Positions 26,102 to 33,447 of a stretch of 35,665 nucleotides of DNA are shown here, one piece after another (within the stretch, counting starts at the first letter, position 1; each line of letters begins with the position of its first letter). The stretch lies in sequence record SRR20825010_694; one strand, written 5' to 3'. Under the pieces are notes generated by a model that saw only the letters and a list, made by a program, of their open reading frames with translations, searched no databases and was not told where the DNA came from. Position numbers and translations under genes: made by a program.

Positions 26102-26959
26102 ATGCTTGAAGTAACCAGAAAACTGGTGGATCTGCTGGATCTCTCCCCCATCGGTGACGACCATTTCCAGGGGGACAGTGAAGATCTCGGCTTTCCCAAC
26201 GTGTTTGGCGGCCAGGTTCTGGGGCAGGCGCTGATGGCCGCCAGCCGTACGGTGGAAGGTCGCCTGCCGCACTCGCTGCACGCCTACTTCCTGCGCCCCG
26301 GCAATCACAGCATGCCCATCGATTACGAGGTCCAGCGGGTTCGGGACGGTGGCAGTTTCTCCGTCCGACGGGTGATTGCACGTCAGGGTGGCAAGGAGAT
26401 CCTGACCGGCTCCATGTCATTCCAGGTGGCCGAAGAAGGCTTCGAACATCAGCTCGACATGCCCTCGGCACCGGATCCGGAAGGCCTTAAATCCGAGCAG
26501 GAGTACGGCGAACTGCTGGCCCCCCATGTTCCCGAACATCTCCGCGACACTCTGACCCGGGATCGTCCCATCGAAATCCGTCCCGTAGACCCGGTCAATC
26601 CATTGAAGCCGGAACCGCGGCCGCCTTACAAGCAGAGCTGGTTCCGTACTCAGGGGCACCTGCCAGACGATCCGGTGTTGCACCGTTGCCTGCTGACCTA
26701 CGCGTCAGACTTTTCTTTCCTGGGGACGTCGCTGAACCCCCATGGCGTGTCATTTATGAACAAGAAGATGCAGGTTGCGAGTCTGGATCATTCCATCTGG
26801 TTTCATCGTGAGTTCCGTATGGACGAGTGGTTGCTCTACGACAAGGACAGCCCCAGCGCCTCTGGCGGACGCGGCTTCAATCGCGGTAACTTTTTTGATC
26901 GCCAGGGCCGGCTGGTAGCATCGACCACCCAGGAAGCCCTCATCCGTCAACGGGGATAG
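26102..26959 (+). CDS. tesB: Acyl-CoA thioesterase II
   Basis: VFGGQVLGQA, HSLHAYFLRPG, RDGGSFS, YASD, ASLDHSIWFH, QEAL. CAGGAG RBS supports ATG 26102. Confidence 0.95.
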   Translation: MLEVTRKLVDLLDLSPIGDDHFQGDSEDLGFPNVFGGQVLGQALMAASRTVEGRLPHSLHAYFLRPGNHSMPIDYEVQRVRDGGSFSVRRVIARQGGKEILTGSMSFQVAEEGFEHQLDMPSAPDPEGLKSEQEYGELLAPHVPEHLRDTLTRDRPIEIRPVDPVNPLKPEPRPPYKQSWFRTQGHLPDDPVLHRCLLTYASDFSFLGTSLNPHGVSFMNKKMQVASLDHSIWFHREFRMDEWLLYDKDSPSASGGRGFNRGNFFDRQGRLVASTTQEALIRQRG

Positions 26960-26973
26960 GTTTGCGGAGATAG

Positions 26974-29538
26974 TTAGCCAAGCTTGTGGCTTCTCCCATG
27001 ATGTTTGTAGTCGGCCAGCCAAACGATGATGTCGTCGAACGGCAGTGGCGGCGTCAGGATGTAGCCCTGGATCATGTCACAGCCCATCTTGTCCAGCAGT
27101 TCCATTGCCTCTGCGCTCTCCACACCCTCGGCCACAACGGCATAACCCAGGCTGTGGCACATTTCGATCGTGGTCTGGACGATGACACGGTCTCCAGCCT
27201 GGGATGCCAGGTCAGTGACCAGTGAGCGGTCGATCTTGATCTCGCTGGCGGGCAATCGCTTGATATACGACAGCGAAGAGTAGCCGGAGCCGAAGTCGTC
27301 AATGGACAGCGGGATACCTGTGGTGTGCAGGGAATTGAGGGCGCGCAGTGAGTTGACCGGGTCCTGCATCATTGAGGTCTCAGTAACTTCCAGGATGATC
27401 GCTCCGCGATGCGTGTGATGGCTGCTCATCAGGCGCTGGACGTAAAGCGGGAAGTCCGGTTCCCGCAGGTTGTTGGGGGAGATGTTCACCGAGATATTGA
27501 GCGGGTAGCCGTTCTCCAGCAATTGCCCTCTCAGCGCCAGTGACTCTTCCAGTACCCAGCGTGTCAATGGCTTGATCAGCCCGGACTGCTCGGCCAGGGC
27601 AATCAGCTCGTCGGCGGGTATTGGCTTTTTTCGGCCGGGCCAGCGAATCAGCGCTTCAAGGCCGACCACCTCCCTGGTTTTCAGTGACAGCTTTGGCTGC
27701 AGGTATAGGGCAAGTTCACCGTGTTGAAGGGCACGTTGCAGCTCGGACACCAGGGTAAGGCGGTCCGCGCTGTAGGAGTCCCGCGACGGCTGATAATAGG
27801 CCAGCCCACGGTCTCGGGCGTCGTCCGAGCCCTGCGCAATAAAGGCGCGCCGGATCAGGGTATTGGTGTCGGTGGCGTGATCCGGGTAGATCGCCGAGCC
27901 AGTGTGGGGGGCCAGCGGCAATTGCATGCCCAGATAGTCCAGCGGTGCACGGATTTCCTCAAGGGCACGAACAATGGCACGGGGTGTTTCCGAAATAACA
28001 TCTGCTTCCACGATAAACCCGAAGGTGGCCGACTCCAGTGAGGCCAGGTAGAAACTCTTCCGATCATTGGTCTCGACCGCACAGATGCCGGGCAGTTCGC
28101 TGACGATGCTGTTGAAACGCCGGGCGGCAAGCTCGAGCAGCCGGTCGGTGTTGCGATGCCCCAGGGTTTTGGTAATGGCTGGAAGGTTGCTTAGGTGGAT
28201 CACCGCAATGGAGAGGCGCTTTTCCGGCTCTCGGTTGATCAGTTCGTTGATGGTCATTTCCAGGCAGGCGCGATTGGGCAATCCCGTTAGCGGGTTGTGG
28301 AGGGCCTGTTCGATCAGTCGCAGCTCTGCCGAGCGCCGTGCCGCCATGGCGGTGATCTCTGCTTCGCGAGCGCGAACCTTGTCTTCTCGTTCCTGGTAGA
28401 GCCGGGCGGCCAGGGCGATGGTCAGCAGGACGGCTTCGAGCGCGGAGCCGATTTCGATGCCGTAGGCCGTCACGAAGCTGTTGGGCACGAAGCCGTATTT
28501 ATTGGCTGCGGTGATGGCGCTGCCCAGGGTGAGCAGGCCCCAGGCTATGGTGTAGTAGCCGGCCTGGGGGTTGCCCCGAATCCATTGTATCGGCCCCATA
28601 ACGGTCAACAGCAGGCAGCTGGGGATTGCCAGGGCAACCGTGAGCCGGCTGGCAACGCTGTAGTCGGTAACGAACGTTGCCACCGCCACCACGACGTTCA
28701 CCAACACCATATACCACACCAGCTTGTCCATGCGCGGGCTGGTGACGCGCAGGTTGAGGAAGGCACGTGAGAACAACAGGGTGAATATCAATGCCACCGG
28801 CACGGTGAGAACCATGGTCTGGTTGTGCAGCCAGGGCGACTCTGGCCAGAGCAATTGGTAGGTGCTGCCATTCAGGCTGCCAATAAACGTCAGATAGCTG
28901 AGGGTGGAGAGCACGTACAGCAGGTACATGCGCTCTCTCAGTGCCAGGAAAATAAACAGGTTGAAAAAGATCACCATGATCAGGATGCCGTAATAGATCG
29001 CGTGCATCTGGTCTTCGATGGACGTGGCTTCGAAGTAGGTTCGAGGGTCCCACAGTCTGATGGGGATCTGCATGGCGCCCTGAGTCCGAACACGCAAAAA
29101 CACCTGGTAATCGCTTAGCGGATCGGTTTCGAAGGAAAACAGAAAGTTGCGGTGTTGAATCTGGCGCTGCGCAAAGGGAAGGTGGTCGCCCGTTGAGATG
29201 CGTTGCCTGACGACGCCATTCTCTATCAGGTAGAAGGTGATATCGTCGAGCTGGGGGTAGCGTATCTCCAGTAGCTTACGGTCACTGGGTATGGCGGATA
29301 CAGGAACGCGGAGCCACACGGTGTCGCGAATGTAGCCGAAGTTGGGGCTTTCGCCTTCCAGTGACTGCCATCGGTCGGAAGCAAGGGCTTCCCTGAGATC
29401 CATCTGTTCCGAAGGTGCCACCCGAATATAGTCCATATCCGGTTCTGCAAAGCCGGGCGAAGCCGCGTTTGCCTGGGTTCCGAAAGCCATCATGATCAAT
29501 GCGCCCGCCAGGGCGAAAAACTGAGCAATATGGCGCAC
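26974..29538 (-). CDS. 7TMR-DISMED2 + 7TM-DISM + degenerate GGDEF + EAL phosphodiesterase
   Basis: PNFGY..W.R and GDHLPF..R periplasmic DISMED2 motifs; 7TM region; HNPLTGLPNR, with LESATF at the GGDEF position; intact EAL motifs (EALIRW, DDFGSGYSSL, KIDRS, AEGVE, QGY). Confidence 0.9.
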   Translation of the reverse strand: MRHIAQFFALAGALIMMAFGTQANAASPGFAEPDMDYIRVAPSEQMDLREALASDRWQSLEGESPNFGYIRDTVWLRVPVSAIPSDRKLLEIRYPQLDDITFYLIENGVVRQRISTGDHLPFAQRQIQHRNFLFSFETDPLSDYQVFLRVRTQGAMQIPIRLWDPRTYFEATSIEDQMHAIYYGILIMVIFFNLFIFLALRERMYLLYVLSTLSYLTFIGSLNGSTYQLLWPESPWLHNQTMVLTVPVALIFTLLFSRAFLNLRVTSPRMDKLVWYMVLVNVVVAVATFVTDYSVASRLTVALAIPSCLLLTVMGPIQWIRGNPQAGYYTIAWGLLTLGSAITAANKYGFVPNSFVTAYGIEIGSALEAVLLTIALAARLYQEREDKVRAREAEITAMAARRSAELRLIEQALHNPLTGLPNRACLEMTINELINREPEKRLSIAVIHLSNLPAITKTLGHRNTDRLLELAARRFNSIVSELPGICAVETNDRKSFYLASLESATFGFIVEADVISETPRAIVRALEEIRAPLDYLGMQLPLAPHTGSAIYPDHATDTNTLIRRAFIAQGSDDARDRGLAYYQPSRDSYSADRLTLVSELQRALQHGELALYLQPKLSLKTREVVGLEALIRWPGRKKPIPADELIALAEQSGLIKPLTRWVLEESLALRGQLLENGYPLNISVNISPNNLREPDFPLYVQRLMSSHHTHRGAIILEVTETSMMQDPVNSLRALNSLHTTGIPLSIDDFGSGYSSLSYIKRLPASEIKIDRSLVTDLASQAGDRVIVQTTIEMCHSLGYAVVAEGVESAEAMELLDKMGCDMIQGYILTPPLPFDDIIVWLADYKHHGRSHKLG

Positions 29539-29640
29539 GTAGTACCGATCTTGTTGTGATTGTCTGGCTCAGTATGGCGTTATCTGCCGGGGGGCTCAAG
29601 GCTGATAATGCCGGTTTTCGAACGTCACTTGTGTCAGGTG

Positions 29641-30087
29641 TTACAGCTGTTCAAGCCACTCCCGTACCCAGGGAACGGCTTCCATCTCCGGCTCGGTGGT
29701 TTCCAGGGCATCAATCCTCAAGGTATCCCCCACTTTCCGGGCTGAAGTTTCGTATAAAGCCTCTTCCATCAGCTCACCGGCACCACAAAAGGTGTCACCG
29801 TAGGAGCTGTCGCCAAGCACAATTACGCCAAACGGACGCGCGGGTTGTTGGGGCAGTTGCTCGCGCAGCCGCAAATAGAACGGTAGCAGGTTGGGGGGGA
29901 GCTCTCCCTGGCCAGTGGTTGATGTACACACCAAAAGCGGTTCGTCGTTCCCGGTGATGTCCTCCAGGTCGGGTTCCTCAAGGATCGTGATCCGATGCCC
30001 TTCCGGTTCCAGGGTTTTCTTCAAGGTACGTGCCGTCAGCAGGGCGCCACCATAAACGCTGCCGACCAGAATCCGGATTGAAGCCAT
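29641..30087 (-). CDS. Flavodoxin (MioC/YqcA-like)
   Basis: GSVYGGA, STTGQGELP and LGDSSYGDTFCG FMN-binding loops. Start MASIRIL at 30087 after an ACAGGA RBS. Confidence 0.9.
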   Translation of the reverse strand: MASIRILVGSVYGGALLTARTLKKTLEPEGHRITILEEPDLEDITGNDEPLLVCTSTTGQGELPPNLLPFYLRLREQLPQQPARPFGVIVLGDSSYGDTFCGAGELMEEALYETSARKVGDTLRIDALETTEPEMEAVPWVREWLEQL

Positions 30088-30148
30088 GAATGGTCCTGTT
30101 GATTCGTAACGACAACCGTCCCTTGACGGCTGTCTGCGTTGGGGCCCG

Positions 30149-30177
30149 ATCATAGCCGGTGATGCGGTAACGCTCAA
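30149..30177 (-). promoter_or_regulatory. Putative sigma70 promoter for flavodoxin, followed by a 5'-UTR hairpin (30111-30134)
   Basis: Minus strand TTGAGC-N17-TATGAT. Stem GACAACCGTC-CCTT-GACGGCTGTC. Confidence 0.5.
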
Positions 30178-31280
30178 GATCCGGCTCCGGAAGGGCTGGT
30201 TTCCCTAGGGGAGGTTCGTACTCTGGGAGCAACGCGATTGCGCCCGTCTTCCTTGGCGCTGTATAGGTGGACGTCAGCCTGTTTCAGTAATTCATCCACT
30301 GAGCCGGTCTTGGCAATGGAGCAGATGCCGGCGCTGATGGTGACGGGCATGCGCTGGCCGGTAAAGGAGAACTCGGCACTGGCGACCTCGGAGCGTAGCC
30401 GTTCTGCGAGAGTGAGAGCCTGTAGCAGTGACGTGTCCGGCAACAGGATCAGGAACTCCTCTCCGCCCCAGCGTGCGGCCACATCCGTTTGGCGGATAAC
30501 GGTTTGCATCAATTCCGAGAAGGCCCGCAGTACGTGGTCACCGGCGTCGTGTCCGTAGTCGTCGTTGATACGCTTGAAGAGATCCAGGTCGATGAGAACG
30601 ATGGAGAAATGGTGGCCGGAACGCCGGTACCTTGAATACTCCTCGTTCAGCCGATGCTGCATGTCCCTGCGGTTGGACAGGCCCGTCAGTTCGTCAGTAC
30701 GGGCTGCATGTTGGTGGGTACGGGCCATATCCATCAACTCATTGCGTGCCTTCAGGCGACTGGCTTCCAGCACGAAACAGAAGATGGACTCGAACGTCAG
30801 CGTGGCGAAAAAACGGATCTTGAAGTCTGTGCTGTATTCGGCGGTCACCAACGGTAGTTCAGGGAACTGGAAAACCACGACCGCCAGCAGGCAGCAGAAT
30901 AACAATACCGCTGTGCCGGTTTTCAGATCGGTCAGGTAAAACAGCAGCGGCGGGAACACGTAGAACCAGAGTGGGCCGGTGTTGCTCTCGCCACCGGTGA
31001 TGATCAGGTATCCGAACAGCAGGCCGACAATGGAGATCATGCCAGCCTTCTGATGGCGGCGGTTGCGGGAACGGGCAAAGGACAGCATGTTCATTGCCAC
31101 CAGTCCCGCAAAGAACCAGAGCGAGAAGGCGTGGTGAGTGTGGTTTGCAAACCACGCCTTGGCGCCAATGCCCAGCAGGAATAGGATGGCCATGGCTGAC
31201 AGACCGGTCAGCAGGCGGGAGACGCGTTCCTCCTCGCCTTCGTCGGCTACTTGTTGGCTGGTATCGGGGAGTCTGGTCAT
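30174..31280 (-). CDS. Membrane-bound diguanylate cyclase
   Basis: About six TM segments, TDELTGLSNRR, DLDLFKRINDDYGHDAGD, I-site RQTD, active site GGEEF. Confidence 0.93.
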   Translation of the reverse strand: MTRLPDTSQQVADEGEEERVSRLLTGLSAMAILFLLGIGAKAWFANHTHHAFSLWFFAGLVAMNMLSFARSRNRRHQKAGMISIVGLLFGYLIITGGESNTGPLWFYVFPPLLFYLTDLKTGTAVLLFCCLLAVVVFQFPELPLVTAEYSTDFKIRFFATLTFESIFCFVLEASRLKARNELMDMARTHQHAARTDELTGLSNRRDMQHRLNEEYSRYRRSGHHFSIVLIDLDLFKRINDDYGHDAGDHVLRAFSELMQTVIRQTDVAARWGGEEFLILLPDTSLLQALTLAERLRSEVASAEFSFTGQRMPVTISAGICSIAKTGSVDELLKQADVHLYSAKEDGRNRVAPRVRTSPRETSPSGAGS

Positions 31281-31402
31281 GACACTTTTGTTGTTGTCGA
31301 TTTGTTGTTGGTGCTTTGTCCAGACTGCGTGAGCCGGGATAGTGAATCAGATTAGTCGAAGCGGGAAATCTGTACAGCGACTTTGGTCAAGCAATCACCA
31401 TT

Positions 31403-31431
31403 ATGACCGTTATGTTTCAATTTCATGGCAA
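31403..31431 (-). promoter_or_regulatory. Three-unit Pho-box-like direct repeat between the divergent DGC and pit genes
   Basis: Minus strand TTGCCAT-GAAA-TTGAAAC-ATAA-CGGTCAT, exact 11-bp period with A-rich spacers. Confidence 0.5.
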
Positions 31432-31508
31432 AAAATTTATAGTTGCCGCCGTAAGTACTGTGAAACTGTAGCTTCCCGTATCCTCCCTGTTGCGAGACCT
31501 GACGTATT

Positions 31509-33068
31509 ATGGCCGGCAAAAACGGATTCCTCGATACTCTCCTGACCAGCCCATCGACCGAGCGTTATCGCGTTGGCTTCAGCTTCCTGTTCCTGCTCTG
31601 CATATTTATAGCCGTGGGACAGATCAGCGACGGCATGCCCAACAACATGCTGCTGATGGCAGCTGCGGTCATCGGTGGCTACATGGCCATCAATATCGGC
31701 GCGAATGACGTCGCCAACAACGTCGGCCCGGCGGTGGGGTCCGGGGCGCTGTCTCTGGGTGGCGCGGTTCTGATCGCCGCCGTGTTTGAGGCCGGCGGTG
31801 CTATTGTCGCCGGTGGTGACGTGGTTTCGACCATCAAAGGGGGCATTATTGCCGCTGAAAGGCTCGATGATGTCAGCGCCTTCGTGTGGCTGATGACAGC
31901 CGCACTTCTTGCCGGCGCCCTGTGGCTGAACCTGGCCACCTGGATGGGTGCTCCGGTGTCCACTACCCACTCCATTGTCGGGGGCGTTCTTGGGGCCGGA
32001 ATTGCCGCCGGCGGCTGGGGCATTGCCGACTGGGCCGTCATGGCCAAAATTGTCGCCAGTTGGGTGATTTCCCCCGTAATGGGTGGCGTGCTGGCGGCGC
32101 TGTTCCTGTATGCCATCAAGAAGACCGTGCTGTATCGCAAGAACGTGGTGCCGGCGGCAAGAATCTTCGTGCCCTGGCTGGTGGCGATCATGGCCTGGGC
32201 CTTTGGCACCTATTTGATGGTGAAGGGGGTCAAGAAGGTCGTTGAAGTAGACTTCCTGGGGGCCTCTCTGGTTGGTCTGGGGCTCGCCGCAGTCATTTTC
32301 TTCCTGATGCGGGTTCTGGTCGGCCGCCGTGCCGCAACCATGGAAAACAGCTCTGCCGGAGTGAATACCCTGTTTACCTGGCCGCTTATATTTGCCGCGG
32401 CATTACTCAGTTTCGCCCATGGGGCGAACGATGTGGCCAATGCCATCGGCCCGCTGGCGGCCATTAACGATGCACTGTCGGCTGGTGCAGTGGTCACCGC
32501 AGCGTCCATTCCTTTGTGGGTAATGCTGGTTGGTGCCCTTGGTCTGGCCGTTGGTCTGATGCTGTTCGGCCCACGCCTGATCAAGACCGTGGGGACTGAG
32601 ATCACTGAACTGGATAAAACCCGGGCGTTCTGTATCGCCCTGTCGGCGGCGCTTACCGTCATCATCGCCTCCCAGTTGGGGCTCCCGGTCAGTTCCACCC
32701 ACATTGCCATCGGTGGTGTGTTTGGTGTTGGTTTCCTGAGGGAGTACCTGAAGTCAAACTACGCCACCCAGCTCCACAACATCATGGACAGCCATGAGGA
32801 AGAGGAGCGTGAGCGCCTGCGCCCGTTCCTGGAAGATTTCCGTAACGCCTCGGTTGAGCAGATGGAAAACCTGCTCCAACAAGCCAAGAAAAAGAAACAG
32901 GTACCGCTCTCCAAGAAGGAGCGCAAGCGCCTTAAAAAGATCTACCGCGAGGAGATGGTCAAGCGTTCGCACCTGACTCGTATCGTTGCTGCCTGGATCA
33001 TTACGGTGCCCGCGTCGGCCTGCATGGCGGCCGTTCTGTTCTTCACCCTGCGCGGGCTGATGCTGTAA
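31509..33068 (+). CDS. Inorganic phosphate transporter, PiT family
   Basis: Two GANDVAN signatures, PVSTTHS and PVSSTH motifs, C-terminal AWIITVP. Confidence 0.93.
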   Translation: MAGKNGFLDTLLTSPSTERYRVGFSFLFLLCIFIAVGQISDGMPNNMLLMAAAVIGGYMAINIGANDVANNVGPAVGSGALSLGGAVLIAAVFEAGGAIVAGGDVVSTIKGGIIAAERLDDVSAFVWLMTAALLAGALWLNLATWMGAPVSTTHSIVGGVLGAGIAAGGWGIADWAVMAKIVASWVISPVMGGVLAALFLYAIKKTVLYRKNVVPAARIFVPWLVAIMAWAFGTYLMVKGVKKVVEVDFLGASLVGLGLAAVIFFLMRVLVGRRAATMENSSAGVNTLFTWPLIFAAALLSFAHGANDVANAIGPLAAINDALSAGAVVTAASIPLWVMLVGALGLAVGLMLFGPRLIKTVGTEITELDKTRAFCIALSAALTVIIASQLGLPVSSTHIAIGGVFGVGFLREYLKSNYATQLHNIMDSHEEEERERLRPFLEDFRNASVEQMENLLQQAKKKKQVPLSKKERKRLKKIYREEMVKRSHLTRIVAAWIITVPASACMAAVLFFTLRGLML

Positions 33069-33084
33069 GGGATTGTCGCGCTGG

Positions 33085-33141
33085 TTGTCAGGTGCCTGTT
33101 TGGCCCATACTATTCTTCAATACGGGAGGCGTTTGCCTCCC
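33085..33141 (+). promoter_or_regulatory. Sigma70 promoter and 5' stem-loop for the 88-aa gene
   Basis: TTGTCA (33085-33090)-N17-TACTAT (33108-33113), then GGGAGGC-GTTT-GCCTCCC (33124-33141). Confidence 0.6.
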
Positions 33142-33174
33142 AAATAAGTTGCCACTCTGTCCGGGGATTGATTC

Positions 33175-33441
33175 ATGAGTTCAGCAGAAGAAAGCCGTCA
33201 GGCGAAGGTCATTGACGAGCTCAGGGTGTTTATCAAGAAGGTCCTCAGTGATCCGACCATTGCGGTGAAATCGGTGGAAATTGCCCGCAAATATCGCAAT
33301 CAGCCCAATGCCAATGAGTTGATTGCCCGTGAGATCAGCGCCAACACAACGATCCGTATTCCGGAGAGCTGGAGTCGGGCGGATCACATGTTTCTCGATA
33401 TCCTGGACGAAGTCCTGGATGACGAAGAGGCGCTTTACTGA
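33175..33441 (+). CDS. Hypothetical protein, 88 aa, probably soluble and helical
   Basis: Fills the pit-panP gap, has a GGGGA RBS-like sequence and a good upstream promoter. No family recognised. Confidence 0.75.
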   Translation: MSSAEESRQAKVIDELRVFIKKVLSDPTIAVKSVEIARKYRNQPNANELIAREISANTTIRIPESWSRADHMFLDILDEVLDDEEALY

Positions 33442-33447
33442 TCTTTG

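Noticed and set aside
4724..30177. N-terminal extensions in the ORF track (ATPase 4724, grx 10210, rsuA 16707, phoR 21557, ubiC 23930, tesB 26087, flavodoxin 30177)
   Set aside because: They overlap neighbouring genes or lack an RBS. Downstream ATGs fit family N-termini better.
31449..31472. Plus-strand CCGTAAG/CTGTGAA/CTGTAGC as an activating Pho box for pit
   Set aside because: Spacings of 9 and 8 bp do not fit the 11-bp period, and the matches are poor.
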